Source: a virus. From it: a stretch of 64,000 bases of DNA. Under the pieces are notes generated by a model. It was given only the letters and a program-made list of their open reading frames with translations, searched no databases and was not told where the DNA came from. Position 1 is the first letter of the stretch. The number at the start of each line of letters is the position of its first letter. The position numbers and the translations under genes are program-made. The stretch covers positions 1-64,000 of IMG/VR virus record IMGVR_UViG_3300005095_000128, one strand, 5' to 3'. This document shows positions 18,801 to 26,944 of this stretch, in pieces.

Positions 18801-20907
18801 TCATGAGGACGATGAAGTCCTGAATCGCCGCCGCGGCACCGTAGAGGCGGAGCCGCTCGAAGAGGTTGATGATGGTCTGCACAGTCGTGCGCGTAATGGC
18901 CGCCATGTTTGCCATCGCGAGCTCATAGCTCGCAATGGTCTTGTGGGTGATCTGGGTAATACCGGCCATTGCACGCCGCAAATCCTGGCCGGTGAGCTCA
19001 ACCACATCGGCGAAGTTGCGAGCCTTGACGGTGGCCTCATCGAGGTCTTTCGGCCAAGCACGGATGGCCACCAAGCCGGCGAGAAGCTCGTCAACGTTGA
19101 GAATCTGGCCAGATGCAATGCGCCGCTTGAACGACTCGCTAAACTGAATCGACGCCTTCAAACCAGCCTTATCGAAGGCATTGATGATCGCGTTCTCGAA
19201 CTCGGCAAAATCCATCGTGGGCTTAAGCTCAAGCCCACGGAGACGATGCGTGGCAATGAGAGCAGCGAGCATCTGCTCTTGGGTAAGCGCGATCTTTTTA
19301 GAAAGCTCCTCAAAAGCCCGCGCCTCACGCTTGCCGAGGATGCGAGCGAGGTCATCCGATGCAAGCGCGAATGCACCGCTCGCCGCAAGAGTCTCGTCGA
19401 TGGCACGCTTGAGTGCGCTAAGTTGCCGCTCCGTAAGCTCGATCTCGCCGTTGATGGCCCGCGTAGCGGTCATCCACAAATCAGCAAGCGTAGCAGCACC
19501 AATGCCTAGCTCGGCAAGTTGACGCTCGATGTCCGGCGGAACTTTGAAGATAACCTCCGGCGCAATCTTCGCACCAAGTTTCTTCGAGAATAGCTTGGCT
19601 GTCTTGACCTCGAAACGCCGGAGGTCGAAGAGAATGCTATCGAGCGAGCTACGGAACTTATTCAGGACCTCACGGTCCTTGTCGAAGGCGGAGAAAAGCG
19701 CAACGCGCTTGAACTCGCGGAGCCTCGCGAGTTGCGTCATGAGCACGCCAACGGCCTCCTCGGCGGCATTGGCGTTGGTCGCAATCAAAACGAGGTTGTT
19801 GGCAAAGGTGGCAAGACCGGGCGCGTTGGCGGCAGCGTGCGCCATGAGCAGGCTACGCGCCATCGCATCAAGCATCTTCCCGGTTTGGTAGCTCGCGAGG
19901 CCGAGCTCGGTGATGATCATGTTGGCCTCGCGGAACGCCCGCACACCGAGCGCAATGGCGCGGATGGTATCGGCCATCGTGCGCTTGACGGTGGTGACAA
20001 AGCGCAAGATGTTCGATACGGTGAGGAAGATCACGCCGCCAAGCAGGGTAGCGATGCTCGCCCAGGTAGCGAACATACCGAGAATCGTCCTAATGGGTCG
20101 CGGCAACGCATTGAGCACGTCGAGCGTCACGCGGATGCTCGTGATGAACGGCGCGAGGCCAGCGGCAACGCCCTTACCAAAATCCTGAATAAAACGACGC
20201 CAGGAGCGGGTGAGCTTCTGAATCTCGCCGCGGAAGCCAGAGAGATATTCCCGCGCGAGACCCACACGGTTCGCCGTGGACTGGATGACCAGGTTGTACA
20301 TTGCCTGGCGCTTCTCGGCCTCGGTGAGCGCGGAAACGCTCTTGTTGAGCGCGTCGGCGTATTGCGCAAAGGCGGTGGATATGTTCTCGGCGATACCAAC
20401 CGAGTTGAGCAGGATCGACCGCTCCTGCAAGAGCGCCGAGGCGCCGGCCTCCATACCGTCGGCAATGTCCTGACCAACGTTCACGGCGGCGTCGGCGAAC
20501 CGCTCAAGAAGTACGGTAGCCTCTTCGATGGCATACCCCTTACGAAGCAAGAGGCCCATCGCGTTGGCCACCTGGTCGGGCAAAATGTCGAACTGATCGG
20601 AGAGACGCTGCACGGCGGCCGTCGCCACGTCCATCGACTCGCCGGAAGTGCGCACCGCCTGCTCGAAGGAGGCGAGCTTCAAGCGAATCACATCGGCCTG
20701 GGTAGCAATGTCGTAGAGGTTTTCCACCCAGTTCCGCCCGGCAACGGACATCTGGAAGCCGAGAACGGTAGCATTCCACAATGCACCCTGGGTCTGCTCG
20801 ATGGCAGCGGTGAACACAGACCACGCATGCTCGAGCGAGCGCATCGACTGCATGAACTGTTGCGCTTCGAGTGCTAGCGCAACGCGAAATACCCGTTGCT
20901 CTGCCAT
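12844..20907 (-). CDS. Tail tape measure protein (2687 aa)
   Basis: Very long Ala/Leu/Arg/Glu helical protein with hydrophobic stretches and the TMP-type motif LLNSVGI...ALTEAEKRQA. Confidence 0.92.
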   Translation of the reverse strand: MAEQRVFRVALALEAQQFMQSMRSLEHAWSVFTAAIEQTQGALWNATVLGFQMSVAGRNWVENLYDIATQADVIRLKLASFEQAVRTSGESMDVATAAVQRLSDQFDILPDQVANAMGLLLRKGYAIEEATVLLERFADAAVNVGQDIADGMEAGASALLQERSILLNSVGIAENISTAFAQYADALNKSVSALTEAEKRQAMYNLVIQSTANRVGLAREYLSGFRGEIQKLTRSWRRFIQDFGKGVAAGLAPFITSIRVTLDVLNALPRPIRTILGMFATWASIATLLGGVIFLTVSNILRFVTTVKRTMADTIRAIALGVRAFREANMIITELGLASYQTGKMLDAMARSLLMAHAAANAPGLATFANNLVLIATNANAAEEAVGVLMTQLARLREFKRVALFSAFDKDREVLNKFRSSLDSILFDLRRFEVKTAKLFSKKLGAKIAPEVIFKVPPDIERQLAELGIGAATLADLWMTATRAINGEIELTERQLSALKRAIDETLAASGAFALASDDLARILGKREARAFEELSKKIALTQEQMLAALIATHRLRGLELKPTMDFAEFENAIINAFDKAGLKASIQFSESFKRRIASGQILNVDELLAGLVAIRAWPKDLDEATVKARNFADVVELTGQDLRRAMAGITQITHKTIASYELAMANMAAITRTTVQTIINLFERLRLYGAAAAIQDFIVLMTPASVTKVLDRAGEAMIARVKRLGTESGTALAYAFFSGLQVLDAMLPRFMRRMRIFQFFGKQSPYRFLTRGADDAAEAALRLADSATLLGRALQRLNKLTYASYGNLSLLGRVAKLGAHGILYLSDVIGFLLRGLLIIVRQVPIVGWLLALALVSEKTRTAIGSLGKSIIGVVIAIIKAGTDIVGALASLVVTVGEATGAFKLFRSVIAGIAFALETLAYGIRIASNKIREWALLARRSLISVKLRFAIVGRKQLEAELKQIDEQLKKIRGEAEANAKRYRQKIIDLFGPQWSKALEDEFNAVVDTFGEFAKKLEDAATGAKVDEAFVEQVEAIRGKVVKILDGMGIDIEQALAKMRQGLSMMEIFPDLDATQLAQVKGMLTLLDQIDSIRQAVSDQTRRGLLSSKQLISVVDGYIAYLEDLIKRMEEAGTRTEDRAQLENFINRLKKTKEALRDTAEELDKFIQKIRDSQASIEIELNFPETRRPFAELEAEIAKLEEQARDQFKGGDLIEALAAIHEYAAKKRLLIERRFQEEFQKLYEDNWARINDIIARGIEDELEKLRYERDNAIRETERRYDEQIKRYGIGTAEAIKLEEQKQAEIAALQALYAKREQQLIEDRLRKERQLFLDHYSEIRRLIDENWQLALDLYRKHLDRMNAVLEAQLNEQRDLLRRQRTLGQITPEEEALRLAQAERDAAKKRIEAELEFQRTRLRVAEESNKAQLDLTIKRLNLQRERELAEIERSVADERRRNRLIAETNRYYDRLIAEERKKSAYELYNLQEELATREIQLRDELAQKEREVEQRRIEQRIATYNRMAEAIAGVARRMAESGDVRDIARAIDYLSVQLVDLMGAGDEAASAMKRLREELDKLEQKLIDIASQSIEAAKQSIEKLGNLTLDFGLDDTARALRDVSQLVSDFGARLGELPGLLGEIANLPEEIRGNAYRAVAPMIDALRNMRSELDALKEQRVVLANLIATGDLPANVADEVRRQIKEIDAAIADALAKYQDYVATTVSEAERAVRSVAAEYAINAEKAKIDLERLRAETEATRRRIGNITLNVDVDLARARLRAAERNLQVILRYADQIADARKREELIAKAQNEVVQRRLELELRLDEARRRALRQAREELDVYEAQLALDMRRRGVYGDLADVVSRLATIDERMNIARQLGDERELVRLERERYDLNRRLEELQLNQAEAISAIALRARGLNAEVADAVARLATLGSRIRIAVDTGDMEQLRSLLDEQKRLLDTISERITGLARDYASMSAFAGRGLGTIVDLFNKLADAIPDMSGFADQALGAIDEWLSSMGDLLAMHERLARVAGRPFDATTRGLEEAQSAVENLNYALASAAQRVQSLDAMRSVARGALKALEQMGEGASEFANQLRIAAQDAERKLGPALEYALGVTRRLADQALQAAERFQEMASASRDAASRAREAIRSILDSRGAFDKLRAYIEQYGRMPLFGAALGITEREYDQVRRVLALTEREFARASQRIRDLIERARAGSLIDPEEAQRAIDTYVRAGRELEDLFGRQYLDVDLLDQLANALDEQGDKLDYEAKKFASIAESAMDYIAEYAARLQRRYGSAVFDVLKSLADPLSAIANAAQAIRQLGNVDARGLRELGEKIGSVFTQAVQAMRDAKQALGDGAASIVQDMTRMLDAFNAFAGGVRSVMKLSTRQIDDFVASFRTALRGLVGAVSDVARDVGSGALRMAADVVAALGKLSEFANGVRQFSEIGRSGISGFGDALRASLAVVVNAFAEFDKRLRESGTSVERVRVAIATLSTLFGAIAQVSRLSSEQIDQFAANMARIGDAIGPLIDAAERATSAIRTLFPERASSALAESVASVASAFANFAAAVEESVARILQAIARLESVQIKAPEVQVQPEATQAARESVAKIEVTNAQAIADAVGAQIAAAISAIKVEPIVNFNGQICESPELDAIAQAVMPQVMDAIRNELKRREALGQIQAAGAAC

Positions 20908-20923
20908 AACTCACCCCCTTCCT

Positions 20924-21511
20924 TTAACGGCGTAAGACAATCCGGCGAGTCTCAGGTTTGTCGTACCGTCTTGCCCACGCATCGAGCACACGGCCGAGGC
21001 GGTTGTAGTAGAGGTAGTTCCCCGTTGCAATGATCGCCGGAATCATGTGCGGCCGTGGCGGCATCTCGTGCCAGCCGTACTTACCAAAGAAGCGCACGAA
21101 GACGCCAGTTTGCGACTTACCCATCGCTTTTGCCACGACCGACGTGATGTCGTCGATGTCCCGGGCATACTGCCCCTGACCAAGCTCAACAACCGATGGA
21201 TACGGGAAGAAAAGCTGACCCATCGTCGGGTCGCGGTTGACCGCCGTATTGTAGAGACCTACGTCGAGGTTCAAGGCTCCACGATATACGCCGTAGGCGT
21301 TGATGCCTTCCATCAACTGGTAAGTGCGGTCGTATACCTTTGGCTGATATACGTCGTAGACCTCGAAGACGAGCCGCGACGCCTCACGCAATGCGTAGTA
21401 ACGCAACTCGGCGGCTAGGTTGCGACCGTACTGGCGGAAGAAGGGGAGTGCCCGCTTAAGCCAGTTGGTCACGTTGTCGCGCACGGTGAGGCCAATCTGG
21501 AAACTCGGCAT
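20924..21511 (-). CDS. Virion morphogenesis protein (HK97 gp10-like)
   Basis: True start MPSFQIG with SD AGGAGGGGG. Motifs YDRTYQL, YPSVVELG and MPPRPHM. Confidence 0.6.
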   Translation of the reverse strand: MPSFQIGLTVRDNVTNWLKRALPFFRQYGRNLAAELRYYALREASRLVFEVYDVYQPKVYDRTYQLMEGINAYGVYRGALNLDVGLYNTAVNRDPTMGQLFFPYPSVVELGQGQYARDIDDITSVVAKAMGKSQTGVFVRFFGKYGWHEMPPRPHMIPAIIATGNYLYYNRLGRVLDAWARRYDKPETRRIVLRR

Positions 21512-21528
21512 GCCCCCTCCTTCCTTAT

Positions 21529-21603
21529 TGGCTGGCCGGGCAGGACTCGAACCTGCACCGCCGGGTCCAAAGCCCGATGTGCTGCCGATTACACCACCGG
21601 CCA
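21529..21603 (-). tRNA. tRNA-Gln(TTG)
   Basis: Cloverleaf with acceptor TGGCCGG/CCGGCCA, anticodon loop CT-TTG-GA, GGTTCGAGTCC and encoded CCA. Confidence 0.95.
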
Positions 21604-21606
21604 ATG

Positions 21607-21681
21607 TGGCTGGCCGGGTAGGAGTCGAACCTACGACCAGGCGGTTAACAGCCGCCCGCTCTACCACTGAGCTACCGGCCA
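21607..21681 (-). tRNA. tRNA-Asn(GTT)
   Basis: Cloverleaf with D-arm TAGCTCAGTGGTAGAGC, anticodon loop CT-GTT-AA, GGTTCGACTCC and encoded CCA. Confidence 0.96.
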
Positions 21682-21687
21682 GCGAAT

Positions 21688-22092
21688 CTAGCTCCCCCCG
21701 CCCATGAGGGCGGAAAGGAAGAACTTCTCCATCTCCTTCGCGAGCTCTTCGCCACTCTTCTTTTGCGGCGTCGAACGCTCGGCCTCATCGACATTCACGC
21801 CAAGCACGCGATAGAGGCGCTTGACGTGCTCCTTGAACCCAACCGGGTCGCTCTTACCGCCGCCACGAATCAGGCGGCCGTGTTCGTCGTAATGTTTGAT
21901 CTCAGCCGAAATCTCGTTGGAGGCCACCCGATCGTTGATCCAGTCGAGCCGGCGGCGAACGTCGTTGCGCACGGCGGCGTACCACAAAGCGGCAGCATCA
22001 GGGATGGGCCAGTTTGCCACCTCGAACGGAGATACGCCATACCGATGCGCCAGGAAATCCACCATGTCCCATGTGGGAATGGGACGAATCAC
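21688..22092 (-). CDS. Tail assembly chaperone, frameshifted C-terminal part (T)
   Basis: Frame is open upstream past the slippery site at 22260-22266. LAHRYGVSPFEVANWP is typical of chaperone T segments. Confidence 0.75.
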   Translation of the reverse strand: MIRPIPTWDMVDFLAHRYGVSPFEVANWPIPDAAALWYAAVRNDVRRRLDWINDRVASNEISAEIKHYDEHGRLIRGGGKSDPVGFKEHVKRLYRVLGVNVDEAERSTPQKKSGEELAKEMEKFFLSALMGGGS

Positions 22093-22136
22093 CTGAAGGA
22101 AGATCTCTAGGGCGCGGCGAATGAATCCGATGAGAT

Positions 22137-22565
22137 CTAGCTCTTCGCCTCCGCCATCCTGGTGATTTGCGGCGCCTCCTGCTCCGGCTCCACCTGCTGC
22201 ACCATCTCGGTTAGCGCCCGAGCCACGTTCGCCACCATCGGCTCGAGGCGCTTCAACAAGTTTGGGACGCCGTTCACCTCATAAACGGCAATGAGCACTT
22301 CCACCAAATCGTCGATGCCGGTGATCTTCTCGGCCTCCTCTTCGCTAGGAACCGACGCCTCGACGATCTGCACCACGGCATCCCACTTGCTCTCAACGAA
22401 GAGCGCGAGCGAGCTTGCCAGCTTGTCGGGTGTGGTTGCAAGCTCCCCAAAGAGCTTCACCAAGTCGGTGACGACGCCGATGAGCAGCTTCTGATCCTTG
22501 AGCTTGAGCGCATTGATGGTAACCGAGTTGCCGGAAGGAAGCTGAACCGCCTTGGAACGAGCCAC
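22137..22565 (-). CDS. Tail assembly chaperone (G)
   Basis: Directly follows the major tail gene and contains the slippery heptamer. Confidence 0.8.
   Translation of the reverse strand: MARSKAVQLPSGNSVTINALKLKDQKLLIGVVTDLVKLFGELATTPDKLASSLALFVESKWDAVVQIVEASVPSEEEAEKITGIDDLVEVLIAVYEVNGVPNLLKRLEPMVANVARALTEMVQQVEPEQEAPQITRMAEAKS
22260..22266 (-). other. -1 programmed ribosomal frameshift site C CCA AAC
   Basis: X XXY YYZ in the G frame (GTC CCA AAC). The -1 frame is open from here to the stop at 21688. Confidence 0.8.
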
Positions 22566-22611
22566 TATCTCACCTCTCCTTTGCTATACATGCATGCACA
22601 AACAACAAAAG

Positions 22612-22643
22612 GCGGGGGTATGGAATCAAATCCATACCCCCGC
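22612..22643 (-). terminator. Intrinsic terminator after major tail gene
   Basis: 13-bp stem GCGGGGGTATGGA/TCCATACCCCCGC followed by CTTTTG. Confidence 0.8.
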
Positions 22644-22673
22644 AATGAAGATAAAGACTAAGCGCCTAGGCTA

Positions 22674-23510
22674 CTAGAGCGTGATGTCGTAGCGGATGTA
22701 GCCGAACGGCGCGGGCCGCGGAGTACCGCCCACGTTGACGGTCGCGTTCTTGTCGTAGAGCGCCTCGAAGTTGAACTCGAACTGGGACACCTCGGTGACG
22801 TTGAAGTTCGCGGTGCCGGTGGGCTTGAGCGACCCGATGGTGTGGAAGTACTGCCAGTTCTTGCCGACGGGGCCAGCCCGGAAGGTGACCCGCACGCGAC
22901 CCTCGATCGCATCCGCAGTGAGCGGAGTGATCACGGTCGAGTCACCCTCGGTGTAGGAGTAGTCCACGAGAACGGTCGCACCCGCCGGGATCGCGCCGTC
23001 GGGGTCGCGGAACAGGTAGGGCTTACCATCCGGCCCGATGACGATCTCGTAGTCGGTACCAGCGGTGTAGGTGGTGGTACCAGTGCTGTCGGTTACCACC
23101 GGCGCCGGGGTGGCAAGCGGAACGTTCTGCAGCGGAGCAAGGTTGTTGGTCCCGAAGGTAGTGCTCTCGTCAACCACGCTCTGGGTGGTCCCGCTCTCAT
23201 GGTAGCCGGAGCCCATGAAGAGCACCGACATGTTGAAAGGATGAGCCTCATCCACCGTAAAAGTAAAGCTAAGCGCCTTGGAAATCACCACGCTCAGGTC
23301 CTTCACCTGAGTTCCGGGGCGCGGGTCGTAGTGGTCGTAGGTCTCGAGGTTCACGTTGGGCGTGAACCCGGTGATCGGACCCAGGTTCACCCACACCCCC
23401 GAGTACGACCCACCAATCTTGGGGTCGATCTCGAAGGTGATACCACCCATCGCATAGTACTCGACCCCGTTCTTCCCAAGGTCAACAGTAGGGAAGGTGT
23501 AGTCTGCCAT
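22674..23510 (-). CDS. Major tail (tube) protein
   Basis: WVNLG...F, YTAGTDY and VLVDYSY motifs; position upstream of the chaperones. Confidence 0.85.
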   Translation of the reverse strand: MADYTFPTVDLGKNGVEYYAMGGITFEIDPKIGGSYSGVWVNLGPITGFTPNVNLETYDHYDPRPGTQVKDLSVVISKALSFTFTVDEAHPFNMSVLFMGSGYHESGTTQSVVDESTTFGTNNLAPLQNVPLATPAPVVTDSTGTTTYTAGTDYEIVIGPDGKPYLFRDPDGAIPAGATVLVDYSYTEGDSTVITPLTADAIEGRVRVTFRAGPVGKNWQYFHTIGSLKPTGTANFNVTEVSQFEFNFEALYDKNATVNVGGTPRPAPFGYIRYDITL

Positions 23511-23522
23511 CTCTTACCTCCT

Positions 23523-23954
23523 TCAAACTTCGGTCACTACCGTCTCTAGGTAGACCTGCCAGATGTAAACGCCATCGCCAACGACCAGGCCGCCACCAAG
23601 CTCGGCCGCAATCACCGGTTCCCCCGGCCGCACGCGCTCGACAGCATTGATCACCGCCGACATGAGCCGCTCGGAGTACTCGTAAGCATCCACCGGCTCA
23701 CCGTCGATCGCGTACTCGTCGCCGAACGGAACGACTACCTCGGCGACGAGCCGCACGCGCCACCGCTTGAAGCCATCCTTCACGTGGCTTTGCGGGTAAT
23801 AGAAGATATGCGGCCCAAGGGACGTGCGATCCTGGAACGAATAAAGCCGGTTGATGGGGATGACGCCGCCAGTCGCGAGCGCCTGCACGGTGACATCGCT
23901 AGAAATGAGCTCGTAAACGCGACGCCTAGCCTCGCGTAAAGTCCACCCGCTCAC
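23523..23954 (-). CDS. Tail terminator/completion protein
   Basis: Position and size. Confidence 0.6.
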   Translation of the reverse strand: MSGWTLREARRRVYELISSDVTVQALATGGVIPINRLYSFQDRTSLGPHIFYYPQSHVKDGFKRWRVRLVAEVVVPFGDEYAIDGEPVDAYEYSERLMSAVINAVERVRPGEPVIAAELGGGLVVGDGVYIWQVYLETVVTEV

Positions 23955-24316
23955 GTTTCCACCACCAGGAGCTCCTCGTGCGACGGGTAGCGTAGCACAT
24001 TGCGCACGGCATACCGCTTGCCATCAGCATCGACAAAGAGCTCATCGACGCCAAAGCCAACCGGGTCCGTCGCCACAATGTGTACGCGCCCACCATTTTG
24101 ACGCACGAAATCCTCGAAGCCGGCAACCGCCGAATCACGATACAGACTCGGCTGCCACATGATGTAGCGGATCGTCTGCTCGATCTCGCGTCCCGGGCGT
24201 GGGGATCCCGTCTCCGGGTCAACCGTGGCCACGGTGCGGTACACCCGCTTACCGATCAAACCACGGTTCGCGAGGAGGGAGCGGATCCCCGCCCCTAACC
24301 CCAGCAACGGCATCAC
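23951..24316 (-). CDS. Head closure/stopper protein
   Basis: Position; DPETG and DGKRYAV motifs. Confidence 0.6.
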   Translation of the reverse strand: MMPLLGLGAGIRSLLANRGLIGKRVYRTVATVDPETGSPRPGREIEQTIRYIMWQPSLYRDSAVAGFEDFVRQNGGRVHIVATDPVGFGVDELFVDADGKRYAVRNVLRYPSHEELLVVET

Positions 24317-24713
24317 CCCCTAGCCAGTCGAAGCCGGCCTGAGATAGATAGCGGATCGCATTGCTCAAGTAGCGATTCGCGGTTGCAGCAGCCGCTTGCG
24401 GATCACGCGCAATCTCGAGCGAGCCGGCACGCTCCCGCACGGCATCGCTTGCCCGCTTGGCCATCTCGAGGTCGTAGCGCACGAGCCAGTACTCGGCCCA
24501 CCGTAAGTTGCGCTGGTCCTCGGTGGCTGTATCGGTAGCGAGCGCACTCACCGCGTCACGGTACGTCGACTCTGGTACCGACTTGCGAAGCGTGAGGTAG
24601 GCTCGCTCAATAGCATCGCGAATGGCGTCACGTAGACCGTTCTCGTCCTTAGCGCCGAACTGGTCTGGCGTATACAGGCCGATGTAGTCGTCGACGCTCG
24701 TGAGGTATTGCAT
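24249..24713 (-). CDS. Head-tail adaptor protein
   Basis: Position; helical sequence with ERAGSLEI. Confidence 0.6.
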   Translation of the reverse strand: MQYLTSVDDYIGLYTPDQFGAKDENGLRDAIRDAIERAYLTLRKSVPESTYRDAVSALATDTATEDQRNLRWAEYWLVRYDLEMAKRASDAVRERAGSLEIARDPQAAAATANRYLSNAIRYLSQAGFDWLGGDAVAGVRGGDPLPPREPWFDR

Positions 24714-24715
24714 CG

Positions 24716-25078
24716 CTACTCCTCGTCAGAGGAAGCAAACGCCTCGCGAATCTGCTTTAACTTGGCGGGGCCAATCCCCTCCAGCGCGAGAAGCTCGTCG
24801 TCATCGGCGGCCTTCACCTCTTCCGGGGTGTAGCCGAACTTGACGAGCGTCTCCACGATGTCGGCCCGGAGATCTTTGGGCCACTTGGCACTCTTGCGCT
24901 TCTCTACGGCCTTCTCTTCTACCTCAACGATCTGCCCGGTAGACAGCCAACGCATGACGTACTGGGTGAGCTCCACCTCGACCGGCTCGGTGCCAATCAT
25001 GACGCCAGACGCCGGATCGGTGAAGGCTCCACCGTACCTAGCAATCTTGTCGTTGACGCGCACCTTGATCTTGGGCAC
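24716..25078 (-). CDS. Small virion-associated protein with C-terminal helix-hairpin-helix
   Basis: ADDDELLALEGIGPAKLKQIR is an HhH motif. Confidence 0.65.
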   Translation of the reverse strand: MPKIKVRVNDKIARYGGAFTDPASGVMIGTEPVEVELTQYVMRWLSTGQIVEVEEKAVEKRKSAKWPKDLRADIVETLVKFGYTPEEVKAADDDELLALEGIGPAKLKQIREAFASSDEE

Positions 25079-25132
25079 GCTATCCCCTCCTATAAGGGAT
25101 GGGGCCGGGCAAATGCCCGGCCCCAGGCTTCA

Positions 25133-26203
25133 TTACACCAGAGTGATGGTGCGCGAAGCGCCGGTGAAGAGTTTGGCGTAGCCAACCACCTCGGAGAAAG
25201 CGATGACGTTGAACTGCTGGGTAATGAGCCGCTCGGTCTCGACGAGCTCGGAGCCCTCCTCGTAGACCTCCTCAAGGGCGTACCGCTTGTCGACGGCGAG
25301 CACCTTGTTCGCGATCTCCGGGGTGGACTCGACGAACCGGAGCTCCTTGCCGAGGGGCATCGGCCACTGGCCAGTATCCCGGAAGTTCGCACCGGTGGCG
25401 GTGGAGTCCTTGGCGGTGAAGATGTCGAGCTTGAGGATATCGCGCACGACGGTGCCCTTGTCGCCCACGAGCACGTTGGGCTCGAAGCCCTGAGTGAAGT
25501 CAACCACGAGGTCGACGAGGTGCTCGAAGGCAAGCGGGGCAGTCACGTTCCGGTTGGGCGCCGGGTTCGCGTTGCCGTCACCGTTAATGAGGGTGGCAAC
25601 CGCCCGACGCACCTTGGCCCGGCGGGTATCAAGCGCAATCTTCCGCACGAAGGTGGCCAGGTGGTCGAGCCGCGACCGGCGCACCGCCTCGTAGCTCATC
25701 TTAAGCTGAGCGCCGTACTTGTAGAGGCTGATCGCCTGCTCGTGCCGCTGCACGATCACCGCGGGGAGCTCGGCGCCCTCGGAAACCTCGAGGAGCTCCA
25801 CCGACTGGTCCTCGTCGATGTACTCACCCCGGTAGGCGCCGGAATTGATCCCCACGCGGGAAGCGATGATGTCCTGGATCTTGAGCTCGTTCGCCCCCTC
25901 CTGCTCGGCGAACCGGAACTCACGCACCAGGAACTCGGGGAAGAGCACCCGCGCGTTGGGGTCGTAGAAGAAGGCATCACCGGTGGACGCCTTCTCACCC
26001 CGCACCCGGATGCCGAACTGCATCAGCGCCTGCTCGAAGGCATCGAGCTCCTTGAGCTCGGGGTTGTACCACTCAAAGAGGTGCCCTTCGCCCTTGGAGG
26101 CGGTCTTCGCCTTCCAATCGAGCCACTCGCTGAAGGTCATCCCGGCCTTGGCGGCCTCCTGATACATGCCAATTTCAAACTTGGGCTTGACGTTCTTGCT
26201 CAT
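25133..26203 (-). CDS. Major capsid protein (HK97 fold)
   Basis: LFPEFL, VSEGAELP, KYGAQLKMSYEA and ETERLITQQ motifs; strongly biased codons; followed by a hairpin at 25100-25125. Confidence 0.9.
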   Translation of the reverse strand: MSKNVKPKFEIGMYQEAAKAGMTFSEWLDWKAKTASKGEGHLFEWYNPELKELDAFEQALMQFGIRVRGEKASTGDAFFYDPNARVLFPEFLVREFRFAEQEGANELKIQDIIASRVGINSGAYRGEYIDEDQSVELLEVSEGAELPAVIVQRHEQAISLYKYGAQLKMSYEAVRRSRLDHLATFVRKIALDTRRAKVRRAVATLINGDGNANPAPNRNVTAPLAFEHLVDLVVDFTQGFEPNVLVGDKGTVVRDILKLDIFTAKDSTATGANFRDTGQWPMPLGKELRFVESTPEIANKVLAVDKRYALEEVYEEGSELVETERLITQQFNVIAFSEVVGYAKLFTGASRTITLV

Positions 26204-26231
26204 GTTGTACCTCCAATCACATTCGCGCTAG

Positions 26232-26585
26232 CTAGCTAAGGTAAACAGCGATCTCGCCGGTGGTGTCGTCCTCCTCGATCACCAGCACCTTGTGCGCACC
26301 AGCGGAAACCTTGATCCGCCCATCGCCAGTCACGGCAACGGTCGCGTACCCGGGCGGGTTGATGCTACCGTCTTGCTTGACAACCATCATCCCGCCAACC
26401 TGCACGGTGGCCATCCCGCGGTCGTCGATTGCGATCACCTTACCCACAAAAGGGACGTCGGGCTCGCCGCGACCAACTACACCCTGTTCGACGAAAGTCA
26501 CCGCATCACCAACCTGGACCGTTCCGTCGTGCTTGAAGGTCCAGGTATCCGCCATTCCAAGCCGATACTTATCCAGCTTAGCCAT
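26232..26585 (-). CDS. Capsid decoration/cement protein, paralog 3
   Basis: TFKHDGTVQVGDAV...PFVGKV...ATVQ; immediately upstream of MCP. Confidence 0.65.
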   Translation of the reverse strand: MAKLDKYRLGMADTWTFKHDGTVQVGDAVTFVEQGVVGRGEPDVPFVGKVIAIDDRGMATVQVGGMMVVKQDGSINPPGYATVAVTGDGRIKVSAGAHKVLVIEEDDTTGEIAVYLS

Positions 26586-26596
26586 AAGCTACCTCC

Positions 26597-26941
26597 CTAC
26601 GCGCCCGGCAGTAGCGCAATCTCCCCGGGGGAGATCCGCAACACCAAGCACCGCCTTCCGTTCGTATCGTCGATGCGGGCAACGCCGTCCTCAACGGAAA
26701 ACCCGCGAATGGTGCCAGCCATCGGAGCAAGGCCGGTGAATGGAACGACGAGCACGCCGTCAAACTGCACGGTCGCCTTGTCGCCGCTCACCTGCAAGAC
26801 CTTGCCAAAGAGCGGGCCTGTGTTCTGCACAACATCGCCCGCTCCATTCACCGATACGGCTTTGCCCACTTCCACGAGAGGATCGGCAATGTCAAGCGAG
26901 ACCGTCCTCCCGATAAACCGGAGATCCTTGAACATGTGCAC
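26597..26941 (-). CDS. Capsid decoration/cement protein, paralog 2
   Basis: VGKAV...PLFGKV...ATVQFDG, similar to its neighbours. Confidence 0.6.
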   Translation of the reverse strand: MHMFKDLRFIGRTVSLDIADPLVEVGKAVSVNGAGDVVQNTGPLFGKVLQVSGDKATVQFDGVLVVPFTGLAPMAGTIRGFSVEDGVARIDDTNGRRCLVLRISPGEIALLPGA

Positions 26942-26944
26942 CCC

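Noticed and set aside
21512-21667. N-terminal extension of ORF 20924..21667 in the ORF track
   Set aside because: It runs through two clear tRNA genes; the SD-led start is ATG at 21511.
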